Below, piece after piece: positions 55,343 through 64,000 of a DNA stretch of 64,000 bases. The notes under the pieces were generated by a model. That model saw nothing but the letters and a program-made list of their open reading frames with translations, searched no databases and was not told where the DNA came from. Made by a program: the position numbers and the translations under genes. Each line of letters begins with the position of its first letter. Positions within the stretch are counted from its first letter, which is position 1. The stretch lies in NCBI GenBank assembly GCA_964647695.1, contig CAZYIS010000001.1:48275-112274 (forward strand), read 5' to 3'. Source of the stretch: Candidatus Woesearchaeota archaeon (GTDB taxonomy: Archaea; Nanobdellota; Nanobdellia; Pacearchaeales; GW2011-AR1).

Positions 55343-56721
55343 GGTAAATTTTTTCTATTTTTCTTTTCTGCTTCTCTAATTTGGGTCTTTATAGGATCTT
55401 TATCTGCCTTTACTTTTTTATAATTATAATAAACATATCCCAAGATTCCTATCAATATAATTGCCAAAAGGTAACCGATCCAAGCACTACTAGTTTTAGT
55501 AGTTGTTCCAGTTCCGCAAATACCTCTGCAGCACAATCCATCCTTACCCACTATTTCGGTGCCTTTACATGCCTGTCCATTAGCACATTTGTTTCCTATA
55601 AGTTCAGAACAGGTATACTGTAAATAGCCTTGCGAATTATTAGCTGAAACATGTATTGAATCGTCAATAACACTATAATTATCTACAAAATTTATTTTAA
55701 TTGGTAATTCTCTACTAATATTATTTTCTTTGGATGTAATATTTATAATTTCATCAAAACTCTTTCTATAACTCTCTTTAATGGTAATATCATATTGCAT
55801 CTGTTCATCTGAATTCAAACTAGTTTTGCCCGAAGGAGTTATGCTAAAAATATCAGTATTATAATCTAAATATATATTAACCATATTATTAATGCCTGTA
55901 TTTTGGATAGTCAAAGTATAATTAATATTAGTTGCGCTCTTTAGTTTTGTAGCATCTATAAATCCCGGACTAATGGACAGCGAATTATTTTTCTTTTCAG
56001 TTATTATTGGAAAACCATCTCTGACCACATACAATGGAATGGTATAGTTTCCTATTTTCATTGTTGTTAATTGGGTCCCAGTAAAATCCTTAATATTAAA
56101 TTCAATTTTATTATCTCCTGGAAGAATATTGTAATCCTTACTTTCAGGTTGGTTAATATTCAAAGTCATAGAGTCATTGGCCTGAGAAGTAATAACCATG
56201 GAAAAATTACCTTTAGCAAATATAAATCCTGGATTTATTGTGTAATCTGCCAGATTAGAATTTACCGTGAAATTCTGAATAAAATCAACACTCTGGGTCG
56301 TTCCAGTCACATAGGTGAAAACATCCTTTATTCCCATACTATAATTTCCTTCGCTAGCTCCCGAAGAAACAATAAACCAAATATAATAAGCATCCCCTAA
56401 TTTAGCCACATCATACAGAAAGGGCATTCTAACATTATCCCTCTTAAATTCAATCTGGTCCTTAGTAATTGGTTCTAGTATAGGCCCGGATAATTTAACC
56501 ACTGCAGTTTCACCTTTCATATAGCTACTTTTCATATCGCTACTTATTGCGCCTGCATTGGTCAAAAGTAAAACTAAAACTAAACTAAAAATTATAAAAA
56601 TCCCTCTTCTTACCATATTCCTAAAAGAAAGATAAGTTATATAAATATAATGATTCTCTACTAAATATGGTACTAAACACAACATCCTATATTGCCCCCG
56701 AAACAAACATTCTTTCGTCAA
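55339..56721 (-). CDS. surface protein with C-terminal Cys-rich module and TM anchor
   Basis: 460 aa. Signal peptide. CANGQACKGTEIVGKDGLCCRGICG followed by a TM and a KR tail. Confidence 0.5.
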   Translation of the reverse strand: MTKECLFRGQYRMLCLVPYLVENHYIYITYLSFRNMVRRGIFIIFSLVLVLLLTNAGAISSDMKSSYMKGETAVVKLSGPILEPITKDQIEFKRDNVRMPFLYDVAKLGDAYYIWFIVSSGASEGNYSMGIKDVFTYVTGTTQSVDFIQNFTVNSNLADYTINPGFIFAKGNFSMVITSQANDSMTLNINQPESKDYNILPGDNKIEFNIKDFTGTQLTTMKIGNYTIPLYVVRDGFPIITEKKNNSLSISPGFIDATKLKSATNINYTLTIQNTGINNMVNIYLDYNTDIFSITPSGKTSLNSDEQMQYDITIKESYRKSFDEIINITSKENNISRELPIKINFVDNYSVIDDSIHVSANNSQGYLQYTCSELIGNKCANGQACKGTEIVGKDGLCCRGICGTGTTTKTSSAWIGYLLAIILIGILGYVYYNYKKVKADKDPIKTQIREAEKKNRKNLP

Positions 56722-56966
56722 TTATTCAGGCACTTCCTGCCTCTGTAACTGATAAATTATCTTTCCTCATTGACATAAGTAAAATATTGATGATTGTGCT
56801 AATTATTTATTTCGTTATTTTAATAATTTCAAAAATATTTAAACTAAGAGATTCATTCAATCTTTCTAATATAGCCAAGAACGTCGAAGAGATTAATGAA
56901 AAGCTTTCTTCCAAGGAAAAGAAATCCAAAAAGAAAGTTTAAATATTCATTATTATTCTATTAATT

Positions 56967-57440
56967 ATGAAAATAGAGATTAATATTACCAAAACCAATA
57001 TGGTAATAATTCTATCAGCCATATTCTTCGTAGGTGGAATGATTTTTGCATTTGCCTATAATTCTTCTGGAACCGGTGGAAAGCCTGCAGTTATGGGTCA
57101 TTCGGTTGATGAAATTAACTGGGCGCAACCTATCAAAACGCTATTAAATATTGGAAGTACGGATGGATATAATTGGGATATTGGGGTGAACAATAATACC
57201 TATGGTAATTCTCTTGTTTTTCATAGTCAAAATCAATCCAATTATAGCAAATCAGTTTATTTTACTGCTAGCGGAGATATTTGCAGTAATGGCTTAGGCG
57301 GAGCATGTTTAAGTCAGACTGGTCCACCAATACTTTGTACTTTTAACGGCGAACTTTTAGTTAGTAAAGATCTTGGTTGTTTATATGTTAAATGTGATGG
57401 AACAAAAGTGAACGGTATTAGGTTCACTCCCCCATGTTAA
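56967..57440 (+). CDS. secreted/anchored protein, paralog of 38584-39354 (shared N-terminal module)
   Basis: 157 aa. MKIEINITKTNMVIILSAIFFVGGMIFAFAYNS...PAVMGHSVDEI. Confidence 0.5.
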   Translation: MKIEINITKTNMVIILSAIFFVGGMIFAFAYNSSGTGGKPAVMGHSVDEINWAQPIKTLLNIGSTDGYNWDIGVNNNTYGNSLVFHSQNQSNYSKSVYFTASGDICSNGLGGACLSQTGPPILCTFNGELLVSKDLGCLYVKCDGTKVNGIRFTPPC

Positions 57441-57557
57441 TAGATTACTTATTTAATTTTCATTTACATTCATTAAAATTTTAATCTGTATTTTATCAAA
57501 TTAAATATAACTCTCATTTATAATTAATCTTAAATACCTCTTATTTGTGAACTTTTC

Positions 57558-57983
57558 ATGGCTGCATTACCTATTTTGAATACCCCTGGAAAAGAATTAG
57601 AATCAATAGTGGATTGGTTAACCACATTCAAGGAAGCAGGTTGTAGTTTAGTTTTGCCAGTAGCAGATTTTAATCCCGTATTAGTTAATAATATTTCGGG
57701 ACATTTTTTAATTGCTCCTTCAGGACCAAAATATGCAACTTTAGGTTTTGATCTTAATTCAAAAAAAATAATAACTCCTGATACCTTGATTCCAGATATT
57801 ATAATCAATTCAAATCACATTGGAATTTATTTATTAAACGATGCAAGACATAGAACCTATTTTATTTATCCAACAATCGAATCAAGAGATTCTAAGGATA
57901 GTCTAATTAATGGATGTAATGGTATGTATGGATTACCCGTTGATTGGTTATTACAAAAAGGTTTTGCAAAAAGAAATTCTTAA
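57558..57983 (+). CDS. hypothetical protein
   Basis: 141-aa ORF. Confidence 0.35.
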   Translation: MAALPILNTPGKELESIVDWLTTFKEAGCSLVLPVADFNPVLVNNISGHFLIAPSGPKYATLGFDLNSKKIITPDTLIPDIIINSNHIGIYLLNDARHRTYFIYPTIESRDSKDSLINGCNGMYGLPVDWLLQKGFAKRNS

Positions 57984-59909
57984 TTATTTACTCATTTCTC
58001 TCAATTTTCTAAGTGTTTCTTCCATTTCCTTGTCTCTTGCTGATCCAGTGGCAGGTCTTCTAACTGGAGCTACTGGTGTTGATGAATGGACTGGTCTTAT
58101 TGGAGGTGTTGGCGAAGGTCTAAATGCATTTTGCATTCTCTGCATAGGATTAAATCCTTGTCCTGCTCCAGGGCTACTTGGTTTAACAACCGGAGTTACT
58201 TTAGCGTTACCTCTAAACTTAAACCACCATATTTGTAATTCATGTCTATATATAATTGCCAATGCAACCAGGATACACAATAACAATAGAATAATTATCC
58301 AGAACCAATTTACTCCTCCAGTTGAAGCAACAGCAGGCATGCAACAAACACTTCCAGAATCACAGGTTGAAGTTGAATCTTCATTTTCTCCAGTATCACA
58401 ACTATTTCTACAAATTCCATTATTTAATGTGCAGGTATTTCCAGTACTAGCTGCAACACATGAGCCTATACAGCAACTTCCATCGCTTGAAGCTACATTA
58501 TTACCACTACATACTTGATTAGAACTACATACTGCTCCTTGTTTAGCAGAACAGCTTAATAATGGGACCTTAACTGAACAGCAAACATTTAGTCCAGATA
58601 CACATTGGAAATTATTCAAAACCGATCCACCGGCATTTATACAATCACCCATATTTTCACAAGACTGGGTTGAAACTCCAGTACAGATAGGTAAATCTCC
58701 TGATCCTCCAGAAGTTGCTCCTCCTCTAGTCCATCCACCATAAAGTAAAAATGCCATATTTCTTATGTTTCCATTATCCCAGCAACCATCTTTTCCTTGT
58801 ATACTCAACAAATAGGTTTTAGCATTTTCAACTTCGGGAGATGAACTTGTTCCCAGAGTCAACATGGCTAAAGCAGTATCATAAAATTGACCATAGGGAC
58901 TTGAGATTACTTGCCAAAGTCTATTATTCTTTTGACTCTGTATAATTTCAGCATATTGATTATCGGCTGCAGTTAAATAATATAAGAATGATTCTGGGAA
59001 ATATTTTTTATTGTTATCTGCAAGAGCAATCAAATAAGGCAAATAGGAATCTACATTTTTACCTTCCTTACTTAATGCAACCGTTGCCCACAAACTTCCT
59101 TCATAATCGCAGGTATTTCCATTCTTGAAACAATTAACGCTAACTTTAGCAGTGGTTGAACCTAGAGCTGAAGCACTACTTGATTTTGGTAAAACATAAA
59201 CTGTTTGATCATTCTTTTTTTGATAGGCAGTGGCAGTCAAAAAGTCCTTATCACAAGAGATTTGTATATCCTTATCATAGCAACTTTCTCTGAACAATAA
59301 CCAATAACCATTGGCTGCTATGCTAAAACAATTTCCAGGAGTTCCAGAAATTGTCATATCGCTATTAACGCTGACTTTCTTTTGTACTCCATCGTAGCTA
59401 AGAGTACATTGGGATGGATCCTTATTGGCAATATCAATTTCCAAATACCAATTCAAATCGCTTGAAGTTGCATTTTTAGTCAATAACCAATTTACGATAC
59501 CTGATCTTTCTCTTCCCGATCTTTGATAAGCCAATAATACCTGAGCAGTTTCCTTAAGATTGCAACCTTTGGCATTGGACCAGCAATTTTGGATTGCATT
59601 TTTTTCAGAGTCAATTTTATCCTGGGCAACTTTTCTATAGCCCAAAGCCAGAGTAGTATATATGGATTCTTCCAGTGAAATTGAAGAACTAGTCTTATTT
59701 TTAATTTGATTATCCAAACAGGTATAGGCATTATTTATTGCCGTATTATCGCTAGAGGTTGTAGAAGTCAAAGAGCCCACATCGGAATTTAACCCCGTAA
59801 TGGAAGTATTAACTAATGTATTATTAGTAGAATTAGCGGCCATTGCCAACGACAAAGACAGCATAACAAATGTAAATATGAATATCAACAATTTACCTTC
59901 TTTTTTCAT
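57984..59909 (-). CDS. large surface protein with prenyltransferase/terpenoid-cyclase-like alpha-alpha toroid repeats, Cys-rich stalk, TM anchor and Pro-rich cytoplasmic tail
   Basis: 641 aa. Signal peptide. QGKDGCWDNG-type QxxDGxW repeat. Cys-rich modules. TM WFWIIILLLLCILVALAII. Pro-rich tail. Confidence 0.5.
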   Translation of the reverse strand: MKKEGKLLIFIFTFVMLSLSLAMAANSTNNTLVNTSITGLNSDVGSLTSTTSSDNTAINNAYTCLDNQIKNKTSSSISLEESIYTTLALGYRKVAQDKIDSEKNAIQNCWSNAKGCNLKETAQVLLAYQRSGRERSGIVNWLLTKNATSSDLNWYLEIDIANKDPSQCTLSYDGVQKKVSVNSDMTISGTPGNCFSIAANGYWLLFRESCYDKDIQISCDKDFLTATAYQKKNDQTVYVLPKSSSASALGSTTAKVSVNCFKNGNTCDYEGSLWATVALSKEGKNVDSYLPYLIALADNNKKYFPESFLYYLTAADNQYAEIIQSQKNNRLWQVISSPYGQFYDTALAMLTLGTSSSPEVENAKTYLLSIQGKDGCWDNGNIRNMAFLLYGGWTRGGATSGGSGDLPICTGVSTQSCENMGDCINAGGSVLNNFQCVSGLNVCCSVKVPLLSCSAKQGAVCSSNQVCSGNNVASSDGSCCIGSCVAASTGNTCTLNNGICRNSCDTGENEDSTSTCDSGSVCCMPAVASTGGVNWFWIIILLLLCILVALAIIYRHELQIWWFKFRGNAKVTPVVKPSSPGAGQGFNPMQRMQNAFRPSPTPPIRPVHSSTPVAPVRRPATGSARDKEMEETLRKLREMSK

Positions 59910-59984
59910 AACTAATCCATGTAATTATTATTTAAAAATGTTCTTAGTCGTTATTTTAAGCTATTTACTCGAGTTTTATTCCTA

Positions 59985-61553
59985 CTATTTGCTCTTTCTC
60001 ATATTTCTCATAACTTCTACTATGGGATTTTTCACATCCATTTTTTTATCTATCAATCCCAAATCTTTGTAAAATGCTTCGTTTTCGTAATTAGGCGGTA
60101 GAATCTTTTTCTTCTGCTTCATGTGCCAACTTATCTGACTCTTAATGTACCCTTCTTTCAAAGGATTTTCATTTAATTTATTCCAATCCCTTACCCTTAA
60201 ATTAATTTCATCAAAACCCATATTTATTGCTCTAAAGAAAGTAATCAAAATAAACAGACCACGTTTTTTACCGTCGTTAACTCCCTTGAGTAATTTTTTA
60301 ATTGAAGCAGGATACATGGAATCATTAATATCTTTGTATTCAATTTCATCATATTTTCTATCTCCCTTTTGTCCAGCAGTATTTTTAGAAAACTTTTCTC
60401 TCAACAATCTTTCTTCTTCCGTTTCCTTAGAGGCCTTCCATTTCATTGCATCCGAAAGTAATTTTTCTGCTTCACCTTCATTATTTTCCGGCATATAATT
60501 CATAAATCTAATTTTCATCGGATCTGCATCCTTTGGAGAAAATTCTTGCAGCTCTTCTTTTTTTATAACCACGCTACAAAGTGAAGTCTTTTCATGCAGC
60601 GAGTAGGGCATTCTAAACAGATGTCTTGGAGCTACTAAAATTAAATCCAATTCGGCATGTTCATCAGCCAATTCTCCTCTAATTTCTTCAAACATTTCTG
60701 GATGTTTATTGGAACTCAAAGGTAGTTTTTCATTATCCACATCCTTACAATTTTCACAATAAAAATATTCTATGGATTCCAACACTTCCAGCACTCCAGC
60801 ACAATCATTACTTAAACATCTTAATCTTCTATTAACGCTCTTCATATCTCTTCTTTCCATATGCATATTACAAACTGGGCACATTAATTTTGTAAGTGCT
60901 CCTTTCAATGCAATGTTATTACATCTCTTACAAACAACTCTAATGGTTTTTTCTTTTTCATCTTTTTCCAGATGGCTAAAGCTCATCAACTGTCCAACTC
61001 TTTTTCTAAATTCCGGTTTTATCTCCTTGAAAGTAAATTCGGTAATTGCTCTAGGCCATTCAGGAAATGAATTTTTCATCAGTTGACCATTATAGGATTC
61101 AGGAAATGCTTTTCCCGATACAATAATATGAAATCCCTTTGATCCAGAATATTTTAACCCGTATTTTATACCATATCTTTCTAAAAGTTCGATTACTAAT
61201 TTAGCTGCTTCCTTAGAAACATCAAAATAGGGGCTATCAATATCTATCAGTAGATCCCAACTTTTTCTAAGTTTATCCATTTCTTCTTTGGTTATTTCTG
61301 AACTTAGTTGTAGGGGATCATTCCATATTTCTTCAGAACAGTGAAATGAAGTTGCACCCTTATTCACCAGTCCAATTATATCGCTGGGATATTGAATCAT
61401 ATCCGGTCTTCTTCCAAAACCCTCAAAATATCGAGGTGAAATTTCTCTAAACGCTGCAAAATCCAACATCGCACTCTGTACTTTTGGATTAGAATAATAT
61501 AATCTAGTAATCGCCCTTATTCTTTTTTCTTTATCACTCTGTTCTTCTGCCAT
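59985..61553 (-). CDS. priS: archaeo-eukaryotic DNA primase catalytic subunit (PriS) with zinc-binding insert and C-terminal helical extension (possible PriS-PriL-CTD fusion)
   Basis: 522 aa. AEP motif I LLIDIDSPY, motif II YSGSKGFHIIV. Cys clusters CKRCNN...CPVCN and CLSNDC...CENCKD. About 170-aa extra C-terminal domain. Confidence 0.7.
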   Translation of the reverse strand: MAEEQSDKEKRIRAITRLYYSNPKVQSAMLDFAAFREISPRYFEGFGRRPDMIQYPSDIIGLVNKGATSFHCSEEIWNDPLQLSSEITKEEMDKLRKSWDLLIDIDSPYFDVSKEAAKLVIELLERYGIKYGLKYSGSKGFHIIVSGKAFPESYNGQLMKNSFPEWPRAITEFTFKEIKPEFRKRVGQLMSFSHLEKDEKEKTIRVVCKRCNNIALKGALTKLMCPVCNMHMERRDMKSVNRRLRCLSNDCAGVLEVLESIEYFYCENCKDVDNEKLPLSSNKHPEMFEEIRGELADEHAELDLILVAPRHLFRMPYSLHEKTSLCSVVIKKEELQEFSPKDADPMKIRFMNYMPENNEGEAEKLLSDAMKWKASKETEEERLLREKFSKNTAGQKGDRKYDEIEYKDINDSMYPASIKKLLKGVNDGKKRGLFILITFFRAINMGFDEINLRVRDWNKLNENPLKEGYIKSQISWHMKQKKKILPPNYENEAFYKDLGLIDKKMDVKNPIVEVMRNMRKSK

Positions 61554-61644
61554 GAAAATTGAAGCGATATTCCTTTTATATTGTTTATGCTGCTGAACTT
61601 TAGATTATTATCCAGTTAACTACCATAATCCTTAAAAGCTCCAA

Positions 61645-62388
61645 ATGTGCACTAAAAATATGCTATTAAAACTAGATAGTCCAAAAATACTTTCAGATAT
61701 AGTCTCTATTATTTCTGAATTGGTCAACGAGGTGCGTTTGAAAGTAACTAAAGAAGGTCTTACTCTTACAGCCATAGATCCAGCTAATATAGCCATGGTT
61801 TATTTCAAAGTTCCAACCGAATTATTCTCCCAATATGAAATAGAAAAAGATGAAATTCTTGGAATCAATCTAGAAAATTTCAAATCCGTTCTTAAAAGAT
61901 GCAGTCTTGGCAGTTCTCTAACTCTTCAAAAAGATGATAATATGCTTAAGCTAGGTATCCAGGATAAAATCAAGAGAGATTTCACTCTAGCACTTATAGA
62001 TATCGAATCCGAAGAAAAAGAAATGCCTAAATGGGAATTCAAATCCGTTATCAAGATGGATTCATCCGCATTTACCGAAGTTGTCGAAGATTGTTTGGTA
62101 GTTTCCGATGCTTGCACTTTTGTAGCCTCTCCAAGTAATTTCATAATCGAAGCCCATGGATTAAACTCTGCAAAAGTAGAATTCAACACCGATGAAGTTG
62201 AAATCTATTCCGATACTAGCACAGCAAGATTCTCTCTAGAATATCTAAACAAATTCATTAAGGGTTCAAAGATTTCGAGCAGAGTTACCATTTCATTCAG
62301 TGATAATCATCCAATGAGAATTGATTTCCCAACCGGAAATGTAATGCTTTCTTTTGTTCTAGCCCCAAGAGTCGAACACGACGATTAA
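61645..62388 (+). CDS. pcn: DNA polymerase sliding clamp PCNA
   Basis: 247 aa. MLLKLDSPKILSDIVSIISELVNEVRLKVTKEGLTLTAIDPANIAMVYFKV is typical PCNA. Start possibly the Met at 61660. Confidence 0.85.
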   Translation: MCTKNMLLKLDSPKILSDIVSIISELVNEVRLKVTKEGLTLTAIDPANIAMVYFKVPTELFSQYEIEKDEILGINLENFKSVLKRCSLGSSLTLQKDDNMLKLGIQDKIKRDFTLALIDIESEEKEMPKWEFKSVIKMDSSAFTEVVEDCLVVSDACTFVASPSNFIIEAHGLNSAKVEFNTDEVEIYSDTSTARFSLEYLNKFIKGSKISSRVTISFSDNHPMRIDFPTGNVMLSFVLAPRVEHDD

Positions 62389-62458
62389 TCAAAAGCCTTT
62401 TAAGTATTAACTTCCTAGTATAATTATCCTTTTTTGTATTTGAAAGGAGGTAAAAAAT

Positions 62459-62626
62459 ATGGCAAAATTAACAGCTTGGCTTGTTACACTTATTGGAATA
62501 TTGCTTGTATTACCTTTGATTAGAGTACCTTTTGATCAAACAGTTACTAACTGGGTAATCGCTCTAGCAGTATTAATTATCGGTATCGCAAAGTTACAAA
62601 GAAATTATTCTGGAAAAAGAAGATAA
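62459..62626 (+). CDS. small two-TM membrane protein with strong Shine-Dalgarno
   Basis: 55 aa, MAKLTAWLVTLIGILLVLPLIRV... AAGGAGGT lies 8 nt upstream. Below the ORF-track cutoff. Confidence 0.4.
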   Translation: MAKLTAWLVTLIGILLVLPLIRVPFDQTVTNWVIALAVLIIGIAKLQRNYSGKRR

Positions 62627-62654
62627 TTTCTAAATAACAAAACTTTTTATTTTT

Positions 62655-63215
62655 TTATTTTAAACTTTTTATAACCATTTCAATTCTTTTTTGTTTTGTC
62701 TCTGGTCTTTTAGCTCGGAGCATTTGTCGAATATACATTCGCCTATAGGAATTTGAAAGTTTCTCAAATTTTTCAATAAGTTTTTCTTTCTCAAGAGCAT
62801 TTTTCAAATCTCCCGGAATAACATTATCGTCAACACCATTAAAATCATCCAACAAAGGTTTCTTTAGTCCTTCTTTAAATCTAATTAATCCAGCCGAAGT
62901 CATAAGCTTTCTTTTTATCAAATCTCTTCCACATTTTATAGTATTTTTACTCCATCTACTTTTATCCGTTCTTCGAGAAAAATGTCTAATCCAGGTGTCC
63001 TCATCAATTCTTTTTGCAGTCGTATCTATCCACCCAAAACATATGGCTTCTTCCATTGCTTCTCGATGGTTCAAAGAGGGTTTTCCCGTATGCTTTTTAT
63101 GGCTGATCATGGCTACCTTGTGCTCTCGGTCATGATTTTTAGCCAACCAATCCCTCCATTCATGTCTATGAAAAATAGTCACTTTTTTTGGCTCTTCTTT
63201 TATTTTTTTAACCAT
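62655..63215 (-). CDS. YdeI/OmpD-associated family-like protein
   Basis: 186 aa. EAICFGWIDT motif, KR-rich. Confidence 0.5.
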   Translation of the reverse strand: MVKKIKEEPKKVTIFHRHEWRDWLAKNHDREHKVAMISHKKHTGKPSLNHREAMEEAICFGWIDTTAKRIDEDTWIRHFSRRTDKSRWSKNTIKCGRDLIKRKLMTSAGLIRFKEGLKKPLLDDFNGVDDNVIPGDLKNALEKEKLIEKFEKLSNSYRRMYIRQMLRAKRPETKQKRIEMVIKSLK

Positions 63216-63503
63216 TTTTGTTACCCTAATTTTGAATAAATGTAACTAGTAATCTTTATATACCCTCATTTTCTATAAAATTTAGAGAATTTAATTGAAT
63301 GTAGATAGCTAATGAGGTTCAAGATGCTGATAACATCTGAACATCGACATATACGAGAGTTCACAAACAAGAAAGATTTTAGTTGAAATCTGACTAGAAA
63401 GAAGTCGTGTTCTGCAAAGAGCCGGTCAATTCGAATAACATAGACAAACAACAAAATAAATTGTAGTTGTAAATAACTGCAAAACAAACAACAATAACAA
63501 AAA

Positions 63504-64000
63504 ATGGCACCACACAGTCCACACCACGGAAGCCTTCAATTTTGGCCTCGTAAGAGAGCCGAGAAGCTAATACCTAGTGTAAACTGGAGTATCGTTCCAT
63601 CCAATTCTAAAACCCAAGGAGTTCTTGGATTTTTAACCTATAAAGTAGGAATGGCCACTGCCGTTGTTAAAGATAATACTGAACATTCCATGACCAAAGG
63701 AAAGAAAATGGTTGTTCCAGTTACTATTCTTGAAGCTCCAAATATGAAGATATTTTCCGTTAGATTCTATAAGTTCGGAAAGGTTATGAAAGAAGTAGTC
63801 GTTTCCAATGATAAGGATCTAAAGAGAGTTGTTAGAGTTCCAAAAGAAGTTAAAGCATTTGATGCCCAAATTCCTTCTGGTTACGAAGACATCAGAGTTA
63901 TTGTCTATTCATTGGCAAGCCAAACTTCCGTTAAAACCGTTCCAGATTTAATTGAACTTGCAGTTAATGCTCCTGATAAACTTTCTTTTGTTAAGTCATT
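63504..64000 (+). CDS. rpl3: 50S ribosomal protein L3 (uL3), 3' truncated by window edge
   Basis: MAPHSPHHGSLQFWPRKRAEK... is the archaeal uL3 N-terminus. About 260-nt leader upstream. Confidence 0.8.
   Translation, partial: MAPHSPHHGSLQFWPRKRAEKLIPSVNWSIVPSNSKTQGVLGFLTYKVGMATAVVKDNTEHSMTKGKKMVVPVTILEAPNMKIFSVRFYKFGKVMKEVVVSNDKDLKRVVRVPKEVKAFDAQIPSGYEDIRVIVYSLASQTSVKTVPDLIELAVNAPDKLSFVKS

Overview
This window is AT-rich (roughly 30% GC) and archaeal. The gene content suggests a small-genome, probably DPANN-type archaeon: a fused primase, many glycosylated surface proteins, and small orphan genes. Archaeal identity rests on PolD DP2/DP1, Orc1/Cdc6, aCPSF1, PCNA, archaeal uL3 and class-III signal-peptide pilins, all read from the translations.

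The 5' end holds a replication core on the minus strand: PolD large subunit (partial, runs off the window start), PolD small subunit and Orc1/Cdc6. Next to it is an intergenic oriC with two inverted ORB elements flanking an (AT)n DNA-unwinding element.

Downstream of the origin is an Lhr-type helicase, a small ORF and a metallophosphoesterase. This looks like an Lhr-MPE repair pair.

A region of about 8 kb (roughly 13.3-21.7 kb) has atypical composition, with local GC up to about 45%. It carries small orphan genes, an HNH endonuclease, iteron-like repeats, repeated promoter and 3'-flank modules, and two copies of an ~80-nt conserved element. I read it as a horizontally acquired island, possibly an integrated plasmid or virus remnant or a defence/cassette island.

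The rest is largely housekeeping and surface genes:
- FKBP-type PPIase, tRNA-Thr(CGU), ArgRS and an SRP (7S) RNA.
- An mre11-rad50 pair, proteasome beta subunit, aCPSF1 (FttA), a presenilin-like protease, a TrmB regulator and the CCA-adding enzyme.
- A conserved archaeal triad of small GTPase, small protein and Zn-ribbon protein.
- Several large N-glycosylation-rich surface proteins, one with a PKD domain.
- A type IV pilus / Tad-like locus: five prepilin-like genes, a FlaI/TadA ATPase, a split FlaJ/TadC membrane component and a large putative tip/adhesin protein.
- Thioredoxin reductase, a secreted SNase-like nuclease, a fused primase, PCNA, and the start of the ribosomal protein L3 operon.

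No CRISPR array, rRNA or integrase was seen.
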